From assembly GCF_006345805.1 (NCBI RefSeq), contig NC_043021.1, positions 558,001-622,000 of the forward strand: a stretch of DNA of 64,000 nucleotides. Reading direction: 5' to 3'. Shown here in pieces: positions 52,042-64,000 of the stretch. This DNA is from Octopus sinensis (lineage: Eukaryota). Numbering within the stretch: the stretch's first letter is position 1; the number at the start of each line of letters is the position of its first letter. Below the pieces are notes generated by a model, which saw only the letters and a program-made list of their open reading frames with translations, was not told the origin of the DNA and did not search any database. The position numbers were made by a program, and so were the translations under genes.

Positions 52042-55000
52042 GAAATTGCGAGAGTGAAGAATTCCGGGTAGAGGTTGGGGTCCACCAAGGTTCAGTCCTC
52101 AGCCCCCTCCTATTTATCATAGTCCTCCAGGCAATAACGGAAGAATTTAAGACAGGATGCCCCTGGGAGCTCCTATATGCTGATGACCTTGCTCTAATTG
52201 CTGAGTCACTATCAGAACTGGAGGAGAAGTTTCAGGTGTGGAAACAAGGATTAGAATCGAAGGGCCTTAGAATCAACCTAGCCAAAACCAAAGTCCTAAT
52301 AAGTAGGAAGGTGGACCAACCACAAACGACTTCAGGTAGATGGCCCTGCTCGATCTGTAAAAAAGGTGTAGGTAGAAACTCTATAAGGTGCACCAAGTGT
52401 AAGCTATGGACACATAAGAGGTGCAGCAATGTCAAAGGAAGGCTAACTAAGAAAATAGTTTTTGTCTGTGGCAGATGCTCAAGAGAAATAAACACTGGAA
52501 ATGTGCAGAGACCAACTTCTACCACGTTCCAGGGAGACAAACTAGAAGTAGTTGATAGCTTCCGCTACCTAGGAGACCAAGTCAGTAGCGGGGGTGGGTG
52601 TGCTGAAAGTGTAACTGCTAGAGTAAGAATAGCCTGGGCAAAGTTTAGAGAGCTCTTACCCCTGCTGGTGACAAAAGGCCTCTCGCTAAGAGTAAAAGGC
52701 AGATTATATGATGCGTGTGTACGTACAGCGATGCTACATGGTAGTGAAACATGGGCCGTGACAGCTGAGGATATGCGTAAGCTTGCAAGAAATGAAGCCA
52801 GTATGCTCCGATGGATGTGTAATGTCAGTGTTCATAATCGTCAGAGTGTAAGTACTTTGAGAGAAAAGTTGAACCTAAGAAGTGTCAGTTGTGGTGTGCA
52901 AGAGAGACGGCTGCGCTGGTATGGTCATGTGATGAGAATGGCTGAAGATAGTTGTGTGCAAAAGTGCTACACCCTAGCAGTTGAGGGAACCTGTGGAAGA
53001 GGTAGACCCAGGAAAACCTGGGACGAGGTGGTGAAGCACGACCTTCGAACTTTAGGTCTCACCAAGGAAATGACTGAAGACCGAGTCCTATGGAAGTGTG
53101 CTGTGCATGAGAGGACCCAGCTGGACTAGTCAGGCCATATCCCGTGGCCCCTACCTGGGACGTAGTCGATCCACCTGTGCATACCTTCCTTCTTGTGACA
53201 CTTGTGAAGACCTGCTGAGGCAAGTGAAAATCAATCAAAATAGATGAACATCAATGGAATTTGTATCTTTGTGGTACCAGTGCCTGTGGCACACAAGAAA
53301 ACCATCCGAACGTGGCCGTAGCCAGTACCGCATCGACTCGCCTCCGTGCTGTGGGAACATGGTGGCACATAAAAACACCATCCGAAGACCCGGCAAGACT
53401 AGTCAGGTCATAACCCGTGGGCCCTACCTGGGACGTAGTCAGTCCACCTGTACATACCTTCCTTCTTGCGACACTTGTGAAGACCTGTTGAGGCAAGTGA
53501 AAATCAAAACAAATCAAAATAGATGAACATCAATGGAATTTGTATCTTTGTGGTACCAGTGCCGGTGGCACACAAGAATCCATCCGAACGTGGCCGTAGT
53601 CAGTACCGCATCACTGGCCATCGTGCTGTGGGCACATAACAAACACCATCCGGTCGTGGCCGTTCGCCAGCCTCATCTAGCACCTGTGTCGGTGGCACAT
53701 AAAAAGTAGTCAGTACCGCTTGTGGTACCAGTGCCGGTGGCACACAAGAATCCATCCGAACATGGCCGTAGTCAGTACCGCATCACTGGCCATCGTGCTG
53801 TGGGCACATAACAAACACCATCCGGTCGTGGCCGTTCGCCAGCCTCATCTAGCACCTGTGTCGGTGGCACATAAAAACACCATCCGAAGACCCGGCAAGA
53901 CTAGTCAGGCCATAAACCATGGCCCCTACCTGGGACGTAGTCAGTCCACCTGTGCATACCTTCCTCCTTGTGATACTTGTGAAGGCCTGTTGAGGCAAGT
54001 GAAAATCAAAATCAAAATCAAATCAAAACAAATCAAAATAGATGAACATCAATGGAATTTGTATCTTTGTGGTACCAGTGCCGGTGGCACACAAGAGAAA
54101 ACCATCCGAAAGTGGCCGTAGCCAGTACCGCATCGACTGGCCTCCGTGCTGTGGGCACATGACAAACACCATCCGATCGTGGCCGTTCGCCAGCCTCATC
54201 TAGCACCTGTGTCGGTGGCACATAAAAACACCATCCGAAGACCCGGCAAGACTAGTCAGGCCATAACCCATGGCCCCTACCTGGGACGTAGTCAGTCCAC
54301 CTGTGCATACCTTCCTTCTTGTGACACTTGTGAAGACCTGTTGAGGCAAGTGAAAATCAAAATCAAAACAAATCAAAATAGATGAACATCAATGGAATCT
54401 GTATCTTTGTGGTACCAGTGCCGGTGGCACACAAGAGAACCATCCGAACGTGGCCGTAGCCAGTTCCGCATCGACCGGCCTCCGTGCTGTGTGCACGTAA
54501 CAAACACCATCCGATCATGGCCGTTCGCCAGCCTCATCTGGCACCTGTGTCGGTGGCACATAAAAAACCTTCCGAAGACCCAGCAAGACTAGTCAGTCCA
54601 CCTGTGCATACCTTCCTTCTTGTGACACTTGTGAAGACCGGTTGAGGCAAGTGAAAATCAAAATCAAAATCAAAATCAAAATCAAAATAGACAAAATAGA
54701 TGAACATCAATGGAATTTGTATCTTGTGGTACCAGTGCCTGTGGCACACAAGAATCCATCAGTGCTGTAGTCAGTGCGGTGGGCACATGACAAACACCAT
54801 CCGATCGTGGCCGTTCGCCAGCCTCATCTAGCACCTGTGTCGGTGGCACATAAAAACACCATCTGAAGACCCGGCAAGACTAGTCAGGCCATAACCCATG
54901 GCCCCTACCTGGGACGTAGTCAGTCCACCTGTGCATACCTTCCTTCTTGTGACACTTGTGAAGACCTGTTGAGGCAAGTGAAAATCAAAACAAATCAAAA

Positions 55001-55492
55001 TAGATGAACATCAATGGAATCTGTATCTTTGTGGTACCAGTGCCGGTGGCACGTGGCACACAAGAAAACCATCCGAACGTGGCCGTAGCCAGTACCGCAT
55101 CGACTGGCCTCCGTGCTGTGGGCACGTAACAAGCACCATCCGATCGTGGCCGTTTGCCAGCCTCATCTGGCACCTGTGTCGGTGGCACATAAAAACACCA
55201 TCCGAGCGTGGCCGTCTGCCAGCCTCGTCTGGCACCTGTGTCGGTGGCACATAAAAAACACCATCCGAGCGTGGCCGTTTGCCAGCCTCGTCTGGCACCT
55301 GTGTCGGTGGCACATAAAATCACCCACTACACTCTCGGAGTGGTTGGCGTTAGGAAGGGCATCCAGCTGTAGAAACACTGCCAGATCTGACTGGACTGGT
55401 GCAGCTTTCGGGCTCCCCAGACCCCAGTTGAACCATCCAACCCATGCTAGCATGGAAAGCGGACGTTAAATGATGATGATGATGATGATGAT
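52042..55492 (+). mobile_element. 5'-truncated RTE-type LINE with open ORF2 3' part, tandemly amplified 3' UTR and (GAT)n tail
   Basis: ORF to TAG 53129 with GVHQGSVLSPLLF, LLYADD (52176-52187), FRYLG, RLRWYGHVMR and GRGRPRKTW motifs and no stops over about 1.08 kb; tail ...catggaaagcggacgttaaa(tga)n. 5' boundary approximate. Confidence 0.95.
53130..55320 (+). repeat. Tandem array of about 280-340 bp composite units within the LINE 3' UTR
   Basis: Marker TAGATGAACATCAATGGAAT at about 53241, 53520, 54039, 54379, 54697 and 55001, plus a truncated unit near 53720; variable (AAAATC)n linker. Confidence 0.95.
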
Positions 55493-57256
55493 CCGGTTCT
55501 TGACTGAAGATTAGAGCCTTCGAATGACCCGTCCGTTTTTTGTATCGTCTATTTGAGTGTTTTGCATTCTTGTCCCATTTTGTGTTTTTATGTGTATTTT
55601 TATACATATATATATATATATATATATATATTCTTTTATTCTTTCTTTTACTTGTTTCAGTCATTTGACTGCAGCCATGCTGGAGCACTGCTTTTCGTCG
55701 AACAAATGATGTTTAAGGTGGTGGGCTTGTAGAATCATTGGAGTTTTGGACACAATGCCTTGTGGTATTTGCTCTGGTAGCTTTGCCTTTCATCTTCCCA
55801 GAATAAATAAAGTACCAGTCATGTAATGGGGTAAATATAATCAACGAATTCTTCCCACCCCTGATTCCTACCCACTGAAGCTATCTTAGAAATTATTATA
55901 TGAGCAGTGGATTGACAGAATTGTTAGAGCATCAGTTGAAGTTTTAGTATTTAACCCAGTTCTTTACATTATAAGTTCAAATCCAGCCAAAGTCAATTCT
56001 GCTTTTCATCCTTTTGGGTCCAATAAAATAAAGAACCAGTCAAGTAGTGGAGATTACTGTAACTGACTGAACCCCTCTCTTCTTCAAATCTGTTGGCCCT
56101 GTACCCATTTTATAAACATTATCATTATCATCATCATCACTTTTACAACACCATAGTAATATCTATTAATTCCCCTCCAGGGCCACATATAACTGATTGT
56201 TAAAACATTTTGCTGAAAAAATAGAATGCATTTTATACCAGGATATAACAAGACATTACATGTCTCAGCTGCTAGCATGTAAGGCATGAGACCTTAGATC
56301 GTTAAAGAGGTAATGAGATTTGATGACGTTCACGTTCTGCCCATAAGAAGTATTGAAAGGAAATCAAAGTGGGATAAAGAGAAGTTTTCTAAGCATGGTG
56401 GTGGGTCCTGTTTTTCAATTAGAAGCATATTCATAGCAACAACATGAATAACATTTAGTCTTACAACAGCAGTCCTGTATATAGAGCAACAAGTGGCAGT
56501 GTTGTGTATATATGCTACAACAGCAGTTAGTCTTACAAAACTGGTCTTATATGTACTACAATAACAGTTAGTTTTACATAGCAGCAGTGGTCGTACATGT
56601 TGTATAACAGTTGCTGAAATAAGAAATTGATTGTTATACCAAAACACTGAGTAGTGTATGTGTGCACATGTGAATGTGTCTATGTATGTGCACATGTGAA
56701 TGTGTGTATGTGTGTGCATATGTTGTGTGTTTGTTGTGTGTCATTACAAATGTGATAATAAATCTCAACTGAAATGGAAATAGCAAAAGTGGAACAATTA
56801 ATTAAAAATAGAGAGAGAGAGATATAGTGTGTGTGTGTGTGTGTAAATAGACAGAAAGTAATTTGTTATAAAAAAAGGAGAAATGCTAGTTGAGATAACT
56901 AAAGAATAAACTGTCAGCTGAAGCCATTATTGGGTGATGATGAAGAGATCAATAAATGTAGGAGAGATTGTTGGGTGGGGTAGGAGTTAGATGATGAACA
57001 AAGGAGATTATGAAGCAGGATTGAGGTAGGGATTAAAGGGATTATATCATGATGGTTTAGAAAGGGTGACATGCCAGCCAGTAATCATATCCAGCTAATC
57101 TCATACTCTAGAAAAGAAAACCCTTAGAAAATGTTACAATTATTTTTCACAGATTTATAGAGAAGAACAACCGAGAGAAAGTCTTAAGAACTAAAATTAA
57201 ACCTTAAACATCAACAACTGAAGACACAGACAAGGAGAGTTACCTATATATATAAT

Positions 57257-57305
<49 letters not shown>

Positions 57306-58106
57306 CAACTACTACTACCACCAGTATAAACTTAGTGAGCTAGCTATACTACTGCTACTAATACTGACAATCAGTTATCTATATTTTATGTTGTACAGGA
57401 GTCATGTAGGGATTAGATGAGCTATTCATTACTACAACCTCAACCACTACTTCCTAAATGCTTAACTGCAACCCATAGTCATACCATTGTAGCAGTTGTA
57501 ATACCAAGGTTCCACATGCCCCACATTGGTGTCTTGATGGGGGATAAAAATCCATATATGCCACTCATGTTAAGGAAGGAGTTGGATAGAATGTGTAAGA
57601 TGTAGCAGGAACAAGAGGCGGGGAAGGTGGGTTTGGACAGTTTGTTAGTTTAGAAAAACAGAAATTGTAATTAAAAAATTGTCAAATGGATTCTCCAACA
57701 CTCCCACATAATGCAATACTCTTGCACAACACTCCTATTTCTTTGTACATCTGTTTGATTGGCTAATTACTGATCCTCTATTAGGTTAGTCAAACTGCTA
57801 GAAATAACAACCAACTTTCACATCGGAACCAAAAGAAGAACGTATTGGATGATGAAGTTTTGGATGGTCATGGTGGCTAGGACACCTTTGATCAGAGTTC
57901 TTCCCAATCAAGGCTGACCCAATCAAACAACTGTATCCAGTAATTGAAGTTTAGATATATTACTCTTTGTTTCATCGCAAGTTAAACCCTGATTGAGCAG
58001 ACCTTTGATTAAGAGTCTTCCAACCATGACCATCCTGTTTTGTATTCATCCATATAGTGCTTCTAACAACACATTATTCAAGGTGTCCTTCCATTTATAA
58101 GACAGT

Positions 58107-58590
58107 ATTCTTTTTTTTTGTTTCAGCCATTTGACTGCAGCCATGCTGGAGCACCGCCTTCAGTTGAGCAAATTGACCCCCAGGACTTATTCTTTGTAAG
58201 CCTTGTACTTATTATATTGGTCTCTCTCACCAAACTGCTAGGTTACAGGGATGTAAACACACCAGCATCAGTTGTCAAGCGATGTTGGGGGGACAAACAC
58301 AGACACACAAACATATACATACATATATATATATAGGACGGGCTTCTTTCAGTTTCCATTTACCAAATCCACTCACAAGGCTTTGGTTGGCCCAAGGCTA
58401 TAGTAGAAGACTCTTGCCCAAGATGCCATGCAGTGGGACTGAACCCAGAACCATGTGGTTGGCAAGCAAGCTACTTACCACACAGCCACTCCTGTGCCTA
58501 TAAACACTTGCCCAAGGTGCCACGCAGTGGGACTGAACCCAGAACCATGTGGTTGGTAATCAAGCTACTTACCACATGGCAACTCCTACT
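58107..58590 (-). mobile_element. SINE family A with tandem duplication of its tRNA-like head
   Basis: Full copy 58107-58499, then cacttgcccaag..ctacttaccac repeated at 58503-58590. Confidence 0.85.
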
Positions 58591-58943
58591 CTGCTAACAG
58601 CATCCAAGACAAAATATATTTATACAGTAGAGTATGATTTGAGGGAAATTTGGTTGCTATTTCTAGTAATCTTGTTGGCTTCTCTTCAATTGTAGTTTCT
58701 CAAGCAAACACTACAAGTCACACGTTTCACAAAATTCAAACATTTACAGGAGTCTCTGGGTACTGTACTTTATAGCTGGGTACTCTTTCTAAACACAGCA
58801 GTTCTCACACGGTTTCTCTGCAGGGAATAATGAGCTGCTTCATGGAATATAAGGTTTTTAGGATCTTGTACTAAATATTGAACATAACAATTTTGTTAAG
58901 CATAATTATAATTATTAAAACGGTAAAAGTAGATTTATATAAA

Positions 58944-59140
58944 TTTTCAACTGGTGCCACATAAAAATCACCCAGTGCCACTCTGTAAAGTGGTTGGCAT
59001 TAGGAAAGGCATCCCAGCCATAGAAACCTTACTAAAACAGATGACTGGAGCCTGGTGCAGCTCTCTGGCTGGCCAGCTCTTGTCAAACTGTCCAACCCAT
59101 GCCAGCATGGGAAATGGACATTAAATGATGATGATGATGG
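58944..59140 (+). mobile_element. RTE-tail fragment
   Basis: gccacataaaaatcaccc..gtggttggcattaggaagg..ccaacccatgccagcatgg..aaatgatgatgatg. Confidence 0.8.
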
Positions 59141-59898
59141 AAACAATTTTTGTTAAAATTTTCCTGCCAATTATGTTGCCATTAAGTTTCCGTCTTCAGT
59201 GTACCTGAATGTCACCTGAAACTACCAGCCAAACCATAAAACTGGACACTTAAGGTTTAGAGTGAAACGAAGAAGAAACTGTGATACCCAAAAAAACATG
59301 AATGAAACAACTTCATCAGATTGCACACTGGGTTTACTGAGCAGTTAAGCATTATGTCGTGGTGTAAGACATATACCTTTGAAAATCTCAAGAGTTAAAT
59401 TAATTATAAAGAAACAGCAAGGTTGAGTAGAGAGGGCCGTTTGGTCGTGTTGTAGGCAATGACCTCAATTCACAGTATAAAGTAGTAGTTGTTGTTAGAA
59501 GGCACAAACAACCAGAAATACCACCGTAACATGTGCAGCAGCAGAACTGGCCAGTTTTTCTCTGCTGTTGTATGCTGTGTGACAGACAGTGAGGTACAGT
59601 GATGCAACACAGAGACACCCATCTAACCCAGGCCGACAGATGTGAAAATAATAATGAGGAATTACAGTTAAAACTTATAGAACCAATAGAAAAGTATGCT
59701 ATTAAATAAAAGCAGCAAGATAGAACTGTCTAGGTTTATCATTGAATATTGATAAAAAGCAGAATCTCTTTGAGAGGAAGCCTATTCATATATGTATTTG
59801 TTATGTCAAATATTGAAAAAAATAAATAAAGCCATTGAAAACAAAAGTGTTTGTCTGGAAAGAAGCAAAATGCAGATGAGGCATGTTTAACGATATAC

Positions 59899-60096
59899 TT
59901 GGCTTTGAGTAGGATGTTGCTGTTTTATCGATGGACTGAAAACTAGAGGGTTGCTGGCCTGTTTGGTAGAGATTTCTGTTGCCATTATAAGATATGCTCT
60001 GAGGGAATGTCTTGCATTGGTCAGAAAATCTGTCTCTTTCATTATTATTCATCAAATCACTCCTGCCACCAGCAAATGTCTCCAACCAGCTGTCAT
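59899..60096 (-). CDS. SPATA22: Probable upstream SPATA22 exon
   Basis: Strong acceptor tttctatctcttttgttgtag|; 198 nt open, (D)DSWLETFAGGRSDLMNNNER...TATSYSKP; phase 1-1 fits exon 49515. Donor AA|GTATAT is weak. Confidence 0.55.
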
Positions 60097-60850
60097 CTAC
60101 AACAAAAGAGATAGAAAGAAACGGAGAGGATTAAGAAATGAATGTTAGTTCAAATATATTTCTTCTTGGATGCTGTTAGCAAAATAGGAAATGTGTTTGA
60201 AATTAATAAATTGATTAACTCACATTAAAAATAGTTCTACTATCATAGCATGATATGTGTGGATTCTAAGCTGTTTATCTCTTTAATAACACTATCACAC
60301 ACACACACACACCACACACACACACACACAATACATCTGTTGGATTATAAACTGTAATGTCATCTTTAAAAGCCAGTAACACCATACACATAAAAAAGGC
60401 ATGAATGTCACAGATTCTACTTCAAGCCAAGTCACAGAGTCAATGAAGAGAAAGTCCACAGTCTCTACTCCAGCACTGGATCTGAGAATTAAGTGGCTCT
60501 AAATTGTTTGGAGGAAATAAACACAGGATGTTGGGCCTCATGGAGGAGATGACAAATGGGCCAAGATGTCTGGCAGCATGAGCTTCTTGGGAAGACTCAC
60601 CCACCTCAAGTGAAACTGAGTTCTAGAAAGGCTGTGAGTCCCACACACATGTAACACTGAAAACTTTTTCACACACCTTATCCCAATAAACCAAACTACA
60701 TCTCTTCTTCTTCTCCTCAGATTTCCTCTTTTTTCCTGCACTCTGCTTATCTCTCCCTTCCCACTCCTGCCACCCAATCCTGTCCTCACAGCTTTGCCCA
60801 CTGTATCATGGCTGTCCTGTTGCTCCCACCTCAACCCCGATTTCACTAGT

Positions 60851-61125
60851 CACATAAAAAGCATCCAGTCCATTGTGTAAAGTGGTTGGCATTAGGAAGG
60901 GCACCCAGCAATTAAAAACCATGCCAAATCACCTTGGCAGTGCTGGTGGCATGTAAAAAGCACCCTGTCCACTTTGTAAAGTGGTTGGCATTAGGAAGGA
61001 CGCCCAGCTGCACAAGCCATGCCAAAACAGACAGTGGGGCTTGGTGCAGTCCTCTGGTTTGCCAGCTCCTGTCAAGTCATCCAACCCATACCAGCATGGA
61101 AAATGGATGGTAAATGATGATGTTA
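60851..61125 (+). mobile_element. RTE-tail fragment with internal tandem duplication of about 100 bp
   Basis: gtaaagtggttggcattaggaagg occurs twice (about 60877 and 60976), then the standard tail. Confidence 0.75.
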
Positions 61126-61574
61126 TAAGCAATAGGAGCACCATATTAGCGATATGTTACATTCTCTTGTAGTGTGAAACATTAATCAAGGCTACTATAT
61201 GCAGAAACTGGATTCATTACAAATCAGCCCCTATTTACCTGTAGACTGGGTTCATTTCTTCAGTTAAGTACCTGAGGAAGACATTATTTACAATAATTTA
61301 CCGGTGATGGGCTATGAACATCCAGCTTTTTGACTAAAATAGACTAACAACTTGTTCACGCATTCCACTGCAGAGATAAAACAAGTAATGAGGGTGGCTG
61401 AGATGTTGTCACTTCCTTCATCTTCTGGACAATGCTTAAGAAGGGTGTCCAGCCACAGAACCTACACTGGAAATAGAGATATTTGAGCATCACATGGTCT
61501 TCTGCTCAACCCATGCCAGCTGGGGAAACATGCATAAAATACTGATATATCTCTCAGGGTTTCTTTTTACTGAC

Positions 61575-61593
61575 CTGTTAATTTCCACAACAT
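61575..61593 (-). CDS. Candidate SPATA22 start exon (MLWKLT + phase-1 donor)
   Basis: ATG TTG TGG AAA TTA ACA G|GTCAGT; with it the model totals 358 aa, close to the recalled ~363 aa human length. No homology support. Confidence 0.25.
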
Positions 61594-61868
61594 CTCACTT
61601 GCTTCCCTCAAGACATCAGAGAGGTTGGCTGCATCTGGTGTCAGTCTCTTCTGCCACCGATGTCACAATGGATCACATCTTGATTGGATGCATTGATAAA
61701 TATTAAACCCCAGCAACAGGAATAAATAACTGCAGTTATGAATATAAACAACACCGACCTTCCTAAGTTCTAATTACGACATTTAAACACCAACAGACAG
61801 ATATATGGTTCAAAACCAGGTGGAGAACCAGTGGGAGCAGGTGGTGTGTGTGTGTGGGCGGAGACACG

Positions 61869-62069
61869 TACTCTTTTACTTGTTTCAGTCATTTGACTAC
61901 GGCCATGCTGGAGCACCACCTTTAGTCAAGCAAATCGACCCCAGGACTTATTCTTTGTAAGCCTAGTACTTATTCTATTGGTCTTTTTTGCTGAACTGCT
62001 AAGTTACAGGGACGTAAACACACCAGCATTGGTTGTCAAGCAATGTTGGGGGGGACAAACACAGACACA

Positions 62070-62133
<64 letters not shown>

Positions 62134-62258
62134 TACGATGGGCTTCTTTCAGTTTCCGTCTACCAAATCCACTCAGAAGGCTTTGGTTGGCCCGAGGCTT
62201 TAGTAGAAGACACTTGCCCAAGGTTCTACGCAGTGGGACTGAACCCAGAGCCATGAGG
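61869..62258 (-). mobile_element. SINE family A, head truncated
   Basis: Tail and body match family A; extensive CpG to TpG/CpA changes. Confidence 0.85.
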
Positions 62259-63200
62259 TTGTTAATTTTTATTTTCAAATTGGTATTTACAAGTGGATAA
62301 TGTAAATATGCACACACATATACATACATGTAACACTTTACAAACACATACATATAAATCACACATGTAGAAATATATAATGTATGCATACTGGCACTTA
62401 CACACACACACACACACACACATCCTATTAGTATGCAGAGTGAATGAGAATTATCTACTTTAGTGAACTATTATTATAAATGTAGACTAAAACAGTGATT
62501 ATTATAAGCTGATGTTTATCATAAATAAATCAGAGATGGAACAAATAGAGAGGCAGGGTGAGGCAGACATGCATACACACATTACCTCTCTCACTTTCTC
62601 ATATATATATGTGTATAAAATGCACAAACACACACTATCTCTCACATCTATGTGTGTGTGTGTGTGTATATATATATATACATACATACCATCATATATA
62701 TATGTATGTGTGTGTGTGTGTGTGTGCATATATAAAATAGAGCAAGATAGACAAGCTCATAAAAATATCAATAGCTTGTCTTTATATATCTTATCAAAGC
62801 AGCATAAAATCTCAGATGTAATTTTACTGTTCATATTGTGTGAAGCCCCTTTAAGAGATTTTAACCAATGATTTTGAAGAATTCCTCATAGCAAATTAAG
62901 AAGATCATGGCAGTTTCAATGCAACTTCTCTACAACTGCCACATATTGACCAGTTTTAATGATCTATTTAGTAATGGTGACACTCATTCACAACTCCTGT
63001 GCAATGTCAAGACAAGGACACACACACACACACATTTGGGCTTCTTTCAGTGTCCATCCACCATATTCACTCATAAGGCTTTGGTTAGGTCTGGGTCTAT
63101 AAGTACAAGATATGTGCTCAAGGTGCAATACAGTAGGGCTGAACACCAAACCATGGGGCTGGGTAGCAAACTTCTTAACCACACAGCTATGCTTGCACCT

Positions 63201-63248
<48 letters not shown>

Positions 63249-64000
63249 TCTGAACACTTACAGCATGTGTCACTCGTGTATTTATATTTTAATCCAATTT
63301 TAACTCAGTGTGACTACATTGTTAAGAGGTTTACCTAGCAATCATAAGGTTCCAGTTTCAATCCCACTGCATGGCACTTTGAGCAGCAAGTGTCTTCTAC
63401 CACAACCTTGTAACTAAAAGTGGACAGATGTCCACTGGATGACCCCTATATGTTGTCAGGTGGTACATTTAACCCTTTAGCATTCAGATTATCTCTCTCA
63501 AATGTAATGCTTATTTATTCTTGTTCTTTTGAATTAATCTTGCATTATCTTCTAACTTTTGAGATTTCAATGATGAGATTCTTTTTTTTTTTTTTCAAGA
63601 ATAACATTGTAGGACAAGTGTGAGAGGCTGGATCTGGCTAGGTTGAATATAAGACAGAATGTATTTGGCCCTGATATGGCTTGTTTAAATACTAAAGAGC
63701 TAATTCATCATCTGGTGTAGTACCATTACCTTGACTTTGTTTTTAGCAGAGCCTGCTTTGGGGTAAGGAAAGGGGGATGACCTAGTATTTAAGCTGTTGG
63801 GTTCATAGAAATCATAAAGTCATAGGTTCAATTCTTGGACTGGACTCTGTATTGTTCCAGAGGAACAAGGCACTTCATATCTCATTCCTCCAGTTCAATC
63901 TGCTGAAAATGAGTGTCTGCTGGTAAGTGGCAGATGACAGGTTATTAGCTGTGAGGCGACACTTACCAGCAGACACTCATTTAGTCCAGAAATCTTGTAA

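Noticed and set aside
55495-55540. CTGAAGA..CGAAT..GTC hammerhead-like string after the LINE tail
   Set aside because: GAAA is broken and no helix I pairing is found; at most a decayed Penelope-type terminus.
53251-55688. Repeated 60-130 aa ORFs in the tandem array; superficially CRISPR-like periodicity
   Set aside because: Units are LINE 3' UTR copies without unique spacers and there are no cas genes; the sequence is eukaryotic.
56330-56719. 129-aa minus-strand ORF with an upstream acceptor-like site
   Set aside because: Built from a degenerate short repeat (tagtcttacaacagcag-like) and (TG)n; no protein similarity recognised.
61230-61470. Several minus-strand acceptor/donor-like sites near 61.3 kb
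   Set aside because: All three frames contain stops; could be UTR exons but unsupported.

Overview
AT-rich, microsatellite- and SINE/LINE-dense eukaryotic genomic DNA. The repeat families look like coleoid cephalopod (Octopus-type) DNA; this is inference, no search was run. Two spliced genes are convergent. SPT4 (SUPT4H1 orthologue) is complete on +: 4 exons, 13873-25495, 117 aa, phases consistent. SPATA22 (meiotic OB-fold partner of MEIOB) is on -: 6 phase-consistent exons from 49515 to 31387, a probable further exon at 59899-60096 and an uncertain start exon near 61.6 kb. A possible first exon of a third gene lies on - at about 5.8 kb. Mobile DNA: three RTE-type LINE copies (two with an intact C4HC3 PHD-like finger inside the RT region, one degenerate), Tx1/L1-like and CR1-like fragments, a non-autonomous Helitron, a MITE-like foldback and many tRNA-headed SINEs. 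Most interesting: (1) a minimal type I hammerhead ribozyme closing a 32-bp hairpin at 2247-2349, with two decayed hammerhead-like cores within 1 kb; (2) a young RTE LINE whose 3' UTR is amplified about 7-fold in tandem (53130-55320); (3) a 47-nt intron and 33-nt microexon at the SPATA22 C-terminus that echoes the end of the previous exon; (4) a 28-bp array of branch-point/pyrimidine motifs abutting a SPATA22 acceptor; (5) several near-perfect 19-38 bp hairpins. Most ORFs in the supplied track are microsatellite or repeat artefacts.
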